From Geosiphon pyriformis uo1 (taxonomy: Eukaryota; Fungi; Glomeromycota), in the NCBI GenBank assembly GCA_016748015.1, contig JAAOMT010000602.1, forward strand, positions 633,696 to 697,695: DNA of 64,000 nt, in the 5' to 3' direction. The notes beneath the pieces are model-generated. The model did not search any database. It saw only the letters and a program-made list of their open reading frames with translations, and was not told the DNA's origin. Each line of letters starts with the position of its first letter. The first letter of the stretch is position 1. Made by a program: the position numbers and the translations under genes. This document shows, one piece after another, positions 42,901 through 55,300 of the stretch.

Positions 42901-45800
42901 TTTTTGCTACAAGTGAAAACATGATCAAAGAACTCAACTTCTCCACAATTCAAACAAAAAACACCAGAATAGCTTTTGTTATAAAGTTTTTTTCTAACTG
43001 TGATAAGCAGTCTGCCATACACAGTCTTCATAAAGTAAGAGTGCAAACCAGCTGAAGTTCTACTTGTAAATCCAGATAACATGCCTGAATTCAGATGCCA
43101 AACGGCTACAGTCCTAATCCAATCAATGTTATAAACTAAAAAACCATTCAGAATTTTAGAACCAGGACCAACTTTCTAACATACATAATTCACAGATCTA
43201 AAAATGTCCTGAACAAAGTGTCGAATATTGCCAGATATAGGCATGCCATTGGCCATCAAAAAATGTTCATGCATGTTAGTCAGCAGCATTAAAGATGAGT
43301 AAGCAGAAACACTTGCCAACTCATTTACACAAACATTACTCAACACACCAGAGTGTTTTTTGATCTTCAACCAGGTCACAGAAATATTTTTACATTTAAC
43401 CAAATTAGCAATATGCCTTTTTTCTATCCAACAGCAATTATAAAAATCAAGACTGCTCATTCCCAACTCTAAAATGCATGTATTCAAAGCAGCTTGGGTG
43501 TCCAAGTTTACCTCTATTGAACAAAAAAAAGGAACACATTCCAGTGCCAAAGCAATAGCTTGTAATTCAGTCATTGTCAAAAATAAGAGACTCACAATTC
43601 TAATTCCAATGCCCAACCTAATATCAGGAAAAAATGCCATAGTGTTTTCAGCCACATCAACAGAACCAAGCTCTTTCAAAGAGCCATCCATAAAAACAGA
43701 TATAGAATTCGACTACACCTCAAGCAAACCATCTTTCACATTAAAAAATTGACCTAAAAACAAAACATTACCAACATCCAAAGCAGTGTTTCTACTAGAA
43801 AGCATTGATGTAACAACCTTATCATGCAAAAACTTTGATACTAAGACAAACCAAAAAGACACAGGTCCTCTAGGATCAAGCCTTTTCCAATGCCAGAATG
43901 TCTGCCAATCCAGAATCCTGCTTCATTTGTCCAAAAGTCTGTTACAGAAAGCCACACCAAATTTTTTCAAAAAATGAATCTGTTTATAGTACAAGAAAGG
44001 TTCCAGAACACTCAAAACAGGATACCTGCCAGGACCAAAAAAAGCACAAGACAAATTGTTTTTTATAGAGATATTGTTGTCCAAAAACACACACACTATT
44101 CCTACCAAAAAATTGTCAAAAGAACTAACATGCAGTTTCACTAAATGCTATAAGAAATTCAAAGAGGCCCAATCCAAAACTTGTAAATCTAAGAAATGGT
44201 AATCAAAAAGCCAGCCAATGATTCCAGATGAATTAGAAAAAACAATAACCAAAGCAGACTTCTCCGAATGGCAGTTGTACTTTAATATATTGTTTTATTT
44301 TTAGTAGCTGCTTATATAATATTGGCTTAATTAAAGAGTATCTTATAAAAAAAGGGACTAATAAAATAATTGTTTACATAGATGATTCAGTTAAAAATTT
44401 GGAATTTATAAACACTTATGATAGTGCTGCTACTTATTTTTTACATGTTGACATAAGTATAAAAGTTAAGGTTTATGGCTTATTTTTCTCAATTCTTGTA
44501 AAATTGCAGATTATTGTTCTTGTATTAAACTGTATTCATGTAACCAGTTTGGTAGAATTGTTTACAAATAGTTATGCATTATTAGATTTGTGTGTTTGAT
44601 CATAAAAAACATCAAATTAGATTTTTGCAATAAATATTGAATAAAAAAAAAGTATATTTATTAAATTATTATGTCAAAAAATCTGTCAATTAACTGAAAC
44701 AAAATCAAAAGTTATTCTGAAGTTATTAACAATAAATGTACAAATTTTTTTGTTGATGCTGCTACTATGTCTAATTTTATATTGTCTATTAGAATATCTT
44801 ATCACTTTCTTACTATAAAAGGCAAATCTATTTCTGAAAATATCTGTCATTTTGTTAAGAGTTTTTTTAAGACTGTTAGTTTTCTCAACTAAAAATTTAA
44901 GTATATAAATAATATTGTGAACAAATTTTTTTGCAATCTTATTAATATGTATTAAACTTTTAGTATATGATATTCTAATAATTAAATTTGGTTTGGCTTT
45001 ACAAGCTTTGCTTTTGTAGTATTTTAGTTATATTTTATAAAAGCTTTATATTATCAACTGCTCATAGTCAAGAAAAAAAAATTATATGATCTGAGTTATC
45101 CTAATATATTGTGCATTTAATATGAACTAACAAAAAACCCAAATTATATATTTTTATATATACACAATAATTATGCCAGAAGAGATTTGATCTCAAATAC
45201 TATTAAAAAATAGATTGGCTTACTAAGTATCTATATAGCTAACTGTATAGTAATTTATTCTTTTTGTAAAGCTGAATTTTTTAATTATTTATATATATTA
45301 TTATCTAAAGATTTCATGATAAAAAATTAAGTAATTAATATGACAAGTTTATTAGGAAACAAATTAAATTATGAATCATTAGTCATTAATTTGGTTTAGT
45401 GTTTTACCAAAGATTACAGATTTAACATATGATTACTAATGGCTAAATTGAGAGCCTATTATGAAAACTATAGCTTATTACTATATAATAGATCTGTAAT
45501 TTTAGCCATAATTGGTTTAATTTCTGTATAATTTAATAAAACAATTCACAATTTTGGCATCAAACTGGATGTCTATATTTGCTTTGGTTTACATACTTAT
45601 TTAAACAATATACAGTTTGGTTTCTTGTAAAACTTCTTTATAATAAGTAATTTAAGTATATAGTACTGTTTTAATTGGCTAAATAGCTGGTTATATATAG
45701 AAAAAGCATAAGCTATATTTAATATAAAATTTTGTATAATTATATGTTTTTAGGTAGTAATTAGACTACACTCATTAAACTTAATAAAAAAAAAAAAAAA
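36985..45800 (+). mobile_element. Near full-length but highly decayed LINE: ORF1 (~37000-38997), ORF2 APE endonuclease-RT-RNase H-Cys/His, 3' tail, poly-A; split by a nested LINE
   Basis: APE start KFA.YNV.SIN..AKQEDIV ~39013; RT remnants GISNELWKH ~40570, IPKP..LTNTR.I.LI ~40700, LD*GEVFLLLL*RIFYD ~41120; RNase H YIDDSVK ~44375; tail 45660-45783; A-run to 45800. Confidence 0.85.
42279..44265 (-). mobile_element. 5'-truncated LINE (RNase H + Cys/His region + tail) nested in the larger LINE, with TSD GAATGGCAGTT
   Basis: RNase H: MDGSLK..TELQAIALAL..LDTQA..KIKKHSG..N; CLNCGEVEFFDHVFTC; poly-T on + at 42277-42284; GAATGGCAGTT at 42268-42278 and 44266-44276. Confidence 0.9.
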
Positions 45801-48303
45801 ACAATAATAACAATAAAAAAAATAAAAATTAGTATTTTATTAATAATTATAATTAAAAATTATTAGTTTAAAATAATAAATATAGTAATTATACTTTTGG
45901 TTTTTATTAATATAATTTAATAATAAAATTAAATAACAATTGTAATTTAAATTTATGTATTTTTATTATAATTTTGGTTTAAAATAGCTATTAATCTAAA
46001 AATTAAAAATAATTTTAATTATTTGGTTATATAATTATTAATTATTTTTTCTATTAATTAATATTATTTAAATATATATTTATTTTTAATTATTTTTAAT
46101 ATTTCTGAAATTTTTGTTATTTTATTGTTTATTTTTATTATTTATTTAAATAATAATAAATTTTATTTTAATGCTTAATAAAACTAAATTAATATATATT
46201 AAAACTATATTTTAATTTTTACATAATTTTTTTAATTTAAAACTAATTATTAAAAACAATATTTGGCTTTTTGTATAAAATTTATGAAACAGGAATTAAA
46301 ATGATTCAGCAATATTGATTAATTGATGGAGATAATTTTTTTTGATCCAATAAAGTAAAAAACTTGATTTTTCAAGTCCGTATTAATGGAAGCCTTGAAT
46401 AAGAAAGAATTAATCACTCTTTTTCTTTAAATATGGTCTAAAACTATTGATTTATGAAAAAATTTTCTGAAAAAAATCTTATTTTGGATGAAACAGCATT
46501 TAAATATTATTATTTAAATAAATTTGTTAATTTACTTTTTTTTATTTTTAAAATTGCAAAAATTTTTATGTTTTTAATTTTAATTTTGTTTTTGTTATTA
46601 TTGTTTTATTGTAATATTTTTAAAAAATATTTTTAATATTAAGTTGAAGTTTATTAATTAATAATAACATAATATTATTTATTTTAAGTTTTATGTATTT
46701 TTTTGTTGTTATAAAATATAATTCAATTATTAATTATAACATAAAATTTTAAAAATCCTATAAATAATCACAATTTATATGCTTTTTACATATAAAAAGC
46801 TATTTAAATCAATTAAAAATAAATTATACTAAACCAAAAAAAACCAAAAATAAATTCAATTTTCTAATTTTATTAATATAAATATTTAAATTACAAATAT
46901 TAAAAATAAACTTACTTAAAAACAATTTATTTTTTTTAATATTATTCTTAATATTAAATAAAAAACTCTTTGTTTCCTTAATTTTATGACCACGACCAGA
47001 GCAAAAAGTAAAAAAGCTGTACCTGATATTTGTCCTGAGATATCTAATAAAATTTCAACCAGAAGAGCTCTCTCTGTTGTAAAAGCAACTAGGCAAAACG
47101 TTTTAAAAGCTTTCCTCTTACCCAGTAATTGTGATAAGCTGCCTTTAGTAGTCGCTAAAGTAACTTTCTTATCTTTGACTGGTTTTTCACCAGTCAAAGT
47201 CTCCTCAAAGAGACATACCTGGGTTAGTCCCAGTGTTGCCTCCACTCCAACCAAAAGCCCAAAAGTTTTTAATAATAGACCAGTGAATAAGCTGGTATTT
47301 CCCTCTATAGCTTCAACATCTGGTGCTGCTAGCACTTCTTCAAAAAAAATGGTCAAAAAGACCAAAAGTTCAGAAAAGTGAGAGCAGTCGCTTGCCTCTG
47401 CTATTGTTACACCGAATTCCTTTGTGGTTCCCAATGAGATCTTAGATGAGATCTCCATAGTATTATCCAGCACGTCATCCAAGATGGGCCAAGATCAACC
47501 ATTGGCTGTGTTGCCAAATGTGATGTCTTCTGGCAGATCATTACTGGTTTTAGAAGCAAAACAATCTTCTTCTGTTGGGTTACCTGTTCTTGGAAACTGG
47601 GCTGATCAAATGGAAACTAATTCATCTTCTCTTCTAGTTTCTGGTGCTACTTCTGGTGGTGCTTGGGAAACTATTACTAGTCATCAAAGGTTTGCTGGGT
47701 GGGTGGCCTCTACTCTGGTGTCTGGTACTACTTTTAAGATTAAATTGGCTTATGTTAAGACTGTTTTTCAGTCTGTGCATAGTTTCTTGAATGCTAAATC
47801 TGTTTTGAAAGACAATGTAAAGCTTTTCTGTGTGGAGTTTGCTTCTCAACAGTCTTTGGAAGCTGTGTTTCTGGTTGAGCTTACAAGCTCTGTTTGTTTG
47901 ACCACTTTCAAAATTGCCAAGTCTTTGGTGGTTTCTGAATCTGGTTCTTTTCCTGCTGCTGTTGTGCTGCATGATGTATCTTTGGGTGTGTCTGCTATTG
48001 ACGTTAAGTTGGCTTTTAGTGTGTTTGGTAGTGTTACTTGTGTTGTGCTGAAGCCTGCTGGTGTTTGGCAATATGTGATGGTTCATTTTGAAAAGTTGGA
48101 CTCTGCTGTGTCTGCCTTGAAGTATTGGTCAGTCTTGATAGGCAAGGATAGTATTAGAATCCTCTCTCTGGTGAATCAAAATAAGACTATTTTATTTCGT
48201 GATAAGTTTAAGGCCAAATTAGTCAACCTTTTCCCTGGCTGTACCACTTTTGAAATCAGTAATATGATTTCTCAGATTGGTAGTCAAACATGTTTCATCC
48301 CTC

Positions 48304-49286
48304 TGTTACCAGACGAAATTAGAGATATCATTTAGCATGAAACTATCTTATAATTCTTATCATTAATTAGCATATATTATCATTTCAAATTATCACTTAT
48401 TACATTAGCAAAAATGTCCAAAATTATCATTTAATTAATAACCCAAATTGTACACAACACAAATGTAACCTAATTGCGATGATCAATCATGTAATACCCC
48501 AAACTATGTAACATTCAAAAGTTTGCCAAAATTTATAAAAATTTGCTGAAATAATTGATAGTTTACCGAAATATCTAATAGTTCGCAGAAATAACTTGTA
48601 GTTCACCGAAATGTATCTTTAGTTCAGCGAAATTGTAGAAAATAGCAAAGTTCAAGTTTATAGAATAGTGTTACGACAAATTGTATAAAAGAAGAGCTTC
48701 TCTCTTTGAAAAAATGTATCTTACTTTAGATTTATCACTTAGAACCATTCCTACACACACAAAAAAAATAAATATCAAATAATTCAAAAAACCAAATTCT
48801 TTAATTATTACACTTGGAAAATCCCCAAAACTCAACTAATGTTTTGAAATTGATTAGCTACCAATTTCAATAAACTGTTAATGACTCCAGGCCTGAATCA
48901 AAAACGTTTCTCTTGATAAAATCCTATTTCTTTTACATTTCTTTTATTTTTATTTTTATTTTCTTATTATAATTATTAGGATAGCCTACAGACGAGATTC
49001 CTGTAGAAGAGTTGACTTTCACAGCAAAGTAACTACACATATTTTTAGTGAGCTTCCAGACGAGCAATTCCTGGGAAAGAGTTGATGTTTACTACAACGT
49101 AACTACATAAAGTAACTGGCAAGGAATTGGCCATTCCACTTATAAGCCCAGCAGTTCAAATTATAGGAGATAATTTGAAGATAAAATTCAGTTACTGGAG
49201 GTTCAACTACTTCCTAGAAACGTGAATTCACAACAAAATTAACATTAACAACATTTGAGAAAAGAGACCAAAAACCTCCAGTAACA
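48304..49286 (+). repeat. 5' LTR of Gypsy element 2
   Basis: TGTTAC...GTAACA; collinear with 57203-58185, ~5% divergent by manual count; TATAAAAG ~48684. Confidence 0.98.
48521..48633 (+). repeat. Six ~20-bp-period U3 repeats (consensus GTTCGCCGAAAT)
   Basis: Visible in both LTRs with CpG-decayed variants. Confidence 0.8.
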
Positions 49287-49300
49287 TTTGGTGCTCTTCC
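49287..49300 (+). other. Primer-binding site of Gypsy element 2 (tt-TGGTGCTCTT..)
   Basis: Immediately after 5' LTR; shares TGGTGCTCT with element 1. Confidence 0.8.
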
Positions 49301-49331
49301 ACAGAAACAACACAGCAAAAACAACTTCAAA

Positions 49332-52300
49332 GTGGCAACCACACCAGACACAACAACTCTAGAGTATTACCAATCAATTTACACCCACTGCAAGCAAAAA
49401 TTCAACATTCTAGACGGAATTGAAATTGTCAAGAAATCAGTATACCAATACATTGAAAACTGCATCAACAATTATCTTTTTGGAAATTACAATATCTCAG
49501 AAGTTAGAAGCAACCTTTACAATAATTTAGCACACTATTCACAATTGGAAACTGAAGACCTTAACAGTAAAACACTTGCCACTTACTTTCACAAACTTAA
49601 TTTCAACATTATCAAATACTGTGAAGAAACATATCCAGTGCAGTCTCAATACACTATTGATTTTGAATCAGAAACAAAAACAAACAACAAAGGCAAAAAC
49701 AAATTGAAGCAATACTCAAGAACCACCCCAAATACTCCAACACTACTAAAAACAACTGCCAACCATTTACAAACACCTGAACAAGGAACCAGTTCAAAAC
49801 TTCCACTTACTATTACACCTTTTCCAGCTTCACTTGCATAAGCACAAATGCCTAATTCACCCTTGAATCAATTTGCAAGACCAGAAGATTTTACAGCACT
49901 CAAAAGTCCTATCAGACAACAAGAACCCCTTTAAACTAGTTCCAATCACCTTGATTTTTTAGCTGAAAATCAAAGTGAACACTCTGAGACAACAGCAAAC
50001 GAAGAAAACAACTCTGAAATAACTGAAGAAGAATCAATAGACAATGAAAAAGAAGAAGACAAAATGACAACATACATCGCAAAAATCCCTGAATTCAATG
50101 GAGAAGATATTGAGACCAGTCCCCAAGAATGGCTTGACCAAGTTACTAAAGCTGGAGATGCAAATGGATGGAATGCTGCCAGAATGTTAAGAACAATTCT
50201 CTACTTTCTCAAAGGAACAGCAGGAGAATGGTTTGAAAACCTGGCTGCCCCATTCAATGATTGGAACGCTTTTAAAGCAGCTTTCCTTAAACAGTTCACC
50301 GACAATAATACCTCCATCACTCTTCGCAATTGTTTTCGAAATATCAAACAAGAACCCTCCGAATTCATTATGACTTATATTGGGAAATTCAACAAACTTC
50401 TCAAACAGATTCGCCAACTTGAGACAAACAATTATTATTCTGATGCTCAAATCTTGGATCAATTTATTGCTGGTCTAAAAGATAAACTAATTAAAAAAGT
50501 TCGCCCACATGCGCCAGAAGATTTAAACTCTGCCATACAGTATGTGAAAAGATACAAAATGGCCATGGAAGAGGCCAACTGCACAAAACTTGTAAATTTG
50601 GCAATTGGAAAAACCAGCTCAACAGCCGAGAAAAAAATTGACCAACTTACAAAGAAGGTTGAAAACTATTTCACCAATCAACAACAACAGCAACCCCAAA
50701 GATATCAACCACCCCAAAGACGAAATCAAAATAACTTTGCACCACTTTCCAATAACCAGCCTTAGAATTGCCATTACTGTGAAATCTCTGGCCACTGGAA
50801 AAGAGATTGCAGAAAGCTACAACGAGACCAACAAAATAGGAGTAATTAACATTACCCTCCACCACAGCAATCTTATTATCAACCACCACCACCAGCTTAC
50901 TATCCACCAAGACCCCAATACCAAAATAACTATTATCAGCCAGCCCCACAGCCAATCCAACAGCAATACCAACAACTGCTCACACAACATTATCAAGTAC
51001 CTGTTCGAAGACTGATTACACAAAATCAATTTATATTACAAAACCGATACCAAGTAAACAACAATAGAATCAGTTTGAACAACCAATTGGTTCTCCAAAA
51101 TTCCACTCAGCCAAGACCCAACCACTACTACACTCAATCCAGTTATTTAACAATGCCAGAAGAACAGGATTTTCACCATACTGCACTCTCAGAAGGTAGA
51201 GCTGCAGCACAACAACAACCAAACCTTTCCTATACTCCCACCACAATTTCACCAGCCAGAATCGCTGAAAACACTAACCTTTCAAATATATTCCCTTTTG
51301 AGTTCGAAGCAAATGAGTCACCATTTCTGCTTAGCAATGCAGCTGCCAATGAACAAAAAGCAATCACAGCCATGTACACTGAAGCCAAAGTTGAAGAAAA
51401 GACAATTCACTTGATCCTAGACAGTAGATCCGCCGGAAGCATTATCACTTACCAGTTAATGCAACAGTTGAAAAGAAATGTCGACCGACCAGCTCAAACA
51501 GTAATTGTTACTGCTGATGGCATGAAAAAGACCCCAGTAGGAGAAATTGACAATTTTCTGTTCACTCTTGATGGAATCACTATTCCAGTCAAAGTTCTTG
51601 TAATGGACACACCCCAGTACCAAGCTCTCATCAGAAATGATTGGCTTCAAAAAGCCAATGCTAATCTGAATTAGGAAACACAAGAGTTAACAATCTCCTA
51701 CTAAGGACAACACACCTGAGTACCTGCCACTTGTGGTACATTCAACAAACGCTCTGAAAAAGCCCCAGCTTTTGAATTTGAACCAGAAGAAGAAAAACCA
51801 ATAATCAAAACATTCATGGCTCTTGGATCAATGTCCAACTGGGCTGATGAAACAGAACAAAAACATTTTACCCCACACACTAAACCCGAAACCTCTGGAT
51901 GGAATATCCCTTACTCAAAACTCGAACCAAGGAAACAACGCTCCTATATTCCTCTTAAATGTAAGAACTGCCACAAGAAATTATCGTCAATGGGAGCCTG
52001 CATTTTACCTGAAGAAAAATATAAGAATCATACTTGTTATTACTGCAAGGCTTGCCACAGAGAACGATGGGGCCATCTAATAAAAAGGAGCGGAAAATGG
52101 GATAACACCCCTTGTTTGACTTGTGAAGATATGCTACCGGAAGAATACAATTGGATTGATGTAGCCATGAGAGGAGGAGTCTGTGATCAAACCTGCCAAT
52201 ATGCTTTATCAATTTCAGAAAAAGTAAAAAGAGGAACACCCTTTAATGCAGCATACAACAGTGCTTTCAACAAACTTTATCACTACTTTCATGATGCTGA

Positions 52301-55300
52301 GATGATTTTCGATCTAGCAATGGCATTAATTAATGGAGCTACCAAAGAAGATGTTCGTCAAATGAAGAAAGCAAAATACATTGAATACACCATGGAAGTA
52401 GCTGGATTCAATTATGAAAATGAAGTAGAAGTCTACCACCAAATTGCAAGTCACACCTACCCAACCCAAGAAGCTCAAATTCAATGATTAGAGCAAATAA
52501 ACATTAGGCTATGTGAAGAATGCATTATGCCTTGTAATGAATAGTGGTGTCCTGAATGCTACACTCTTAGTATCCCCTTGTCCAGTGAAAATGATGAGAA
52601 TGAAATTGAATTTGGAGAACTTGAAACAATAGAAGAAAGTGAAACAACACCTATCTACCTTATCAAAAATCAGCCTGCCTTACAACTTAAATACTTCAAC
52701 AACAATGGACAAGGAATAAAACCTGAAAAAGCACACGAAATTGATGCTGGATATGATCTAAAATATCCAAGCAAGGATACTCTTGTTCTTAAACCCAAAT
52801 CCCTCACAAAAATCAACCTAAAAATTGCACTCGAAATCCCACCAGGAGCAATAGTTCAAATTATCTCCCGGTCCTCTCTGGCAAGCAAAGAAATCAATGT
52901 CAAAGGAGGAATAATTGATGCTGGATATACTGGAGACATTACAGTAATGCTTCAAAATGAAACTGACAAACCATTCAAGATCAAACATGCTGAAAAAATT
53001 GCCCAAGCTATTTACCTACCCTTAATCAACATTTTAGGTTTGCAACTAATCGATCAAAGAGAACAATTAGGAAAAAGCGATAGAGGAATCCAAGGTTTTG
53101 GTTCAATTGGATGATTCACAGTTCCAGTTAATATAGCTCTTAACACACAGAATGAATCTTACCAGATTCTCAGACTTCTACAACTGATTACCATCTCATT
53201 CTTTGGAGAACATCTGGAAATCTACACCTGCCCAAAGCCAACAACCACACAACAAATTTTTGAGTCCAATAAACAAGTCTGCTTGAAACATAATATTTCA
53301 ATTCCAAACATTTATATTCCAGAAGAAACAAAGAAAGTCCGAGTTACTTTTTACAACCCCAATAATTACCCCATAATTTTATTAAATAATTTAGAAATTG
53401 GAGTTATTCACAGTAATATATTTTAACAAGAATTACTCCAAACAGTTCCCAATTTCTCTGAAATTATTGGACATTCAATACCAAAAATCAACCCAAACCC
53501 CAGCTCCGAAAACTACCATGTTGTCATAGAAAAACTATCTCGAATTAACATGAAACAACTTGAACCACAACAACAGACCCAGCTTAAAGAGCTAATTGCA
53601 GAATTTGCCAATATCTTCACTGAAAACAACAATGACTTAGGAAGAACCAATTTATTCCAACACCAAATTTATACAGGAAATGCCAAACCAAGAAGACAAC
53701 AAGCATATTGAGTTGCTCCAGAAAGCCACCAATTCATCTGAGAAGAAGTACAATAAATGCTTAACAATGGACTCATCCAACCCTTCATGAGTCCTTGGGC
53801 TTCACCTGTAGTGCTAGTTAAAAAGAAAAATGGAAAGATCCGATTTTGTGTTGACTATCGACAACTCAACAGTGTTACAATTGGAGATGCCGACTCCCTT
53901 CCCCGGATTGATGACATGTTAGATGCCCTTGGAAAATCCAAATACTTTTCAACACTAGATTTAGAAAGCGGTTACTGGCAAGTTGCTATGGATCCCAAAG
54001 ATTGCCCCAAAACAGCATTCACCACCCAAGACAGAAATTACGAGTTCAATGTAATGCCTTTCAGATTATGCAATGCACCAGCAACATTTCAGAGATTAAT
54101 GGATGTTGTGTACCAAGGACTTCTTTGAAAGTCAGTAGTTGTTTATTTTGACAATACTGATGTTTATTTTCCATCATTCGAATTACACTTAAAACACCTA
54201 CGAGAAGTTTTTCAACAATTACGAAAAGCAGAACTAAAACTCAATATCAAAAAATGCTACTTTGGAAAAACAAGCCTGACCTTTTTTGGTCATATTGTTA
54301 GTAAAGATGGAATTAAACCAGACCCTGGAAAAATCAGTGTTGTCAAAAATTTCAAAACTCCTCAAAACACTACAGAACTAAGAGGATTTATAGGATTAGC
54401 ATCCTACTATCGGAAGTTTATTAAAGGATTCTCAGAAATTGCAAAACCTTTCAACCAGCTTACCACCAAAAACGTCAAATACAAATGGACTACCGAACAC
54501 CAAAAAGCTTTTGAAATTCTCAAGGAAAAACTGACAACAGCTCCAATTCTCGCCTACCCAGATTTCAGCAACTGATTTCGACTAGCTACAGATGCTTTGT
54601 ATACTGTCTTTGGTGCTATCTTATCACAACTAGATGACAATGGAAATGAGTGAGTAATTGCTTATGCTAGCAGAACATTAAAACCAGCTGAGAAAAACTA
54701 CCCTGCCACAGAACTAGAAACAGCAGCCGTAATTTGGGCTCTACACCACTTCAACTTTTATCTTAGGCCTAAAAAATTTAATATTATTACTGATAATATT
54801 GGACTCAAATGGCTTCAGAACAAAAATACTCAGCTGAATGCAAAACAAACCCGATGGACAGGATTTCTAGCAAACTATCGATACATAGTACATCATAAAC
54901 CAGGAAAACTTCACACCAATGTTGACTGTCTCTCCAAAATGAGACAAGATTAGAAAAAAACACAAAAACCAACACTCAACTTAACCAATCAAAAGAGCCA
55001 ACAAACAATGAATTTGGAAAACTACAATGATCTTAAACAATATTTGGAAACATTAACAATCCCAACAGATTGGTCTCCAAATGAAAAACATTGACTACAA
55101 CAACAAGCCAAACAATATTTTCTACACAACAACATTATTTATCATCGAAATTTCAAAAACCCAGACAAACCACTCAGATTAATACAAGAACAGGGAAAAG
55201 AGACTATATTATACAACATGTACTCAGATCCTTCATCAGCCCACTTTGGAAAAGACAGCACCACCCAAAGAACACTAGAATACTACTTTTGGCCTCGAAT

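Noticed and set aside
46916-48086. Antisense ORFs of 188 and 150 aa
   Set aside because: Shadows of the ORF1 reading frame; no independent motifs
48521-48633. Regularly spaced repeats resembling a mini CRISPR array (also 61265-61349)
   Set aside because: Units of 12-16 bp with ~8-bp gaps lie inside LTR U3 of a eukaryotic retrotransposon; no cas genes
48983-49107. LTR motif as a known ribozyme
   Set aside because: No CUGANGA/GAAA, NGUC+AGAA with loop B, twister or HDV core found by eye on either strand; kept as an unknown motif
52578-53114. dUTPase as host DUT1 gene
   Set aside because: In frame within gag-pol, between LTRs and intronless
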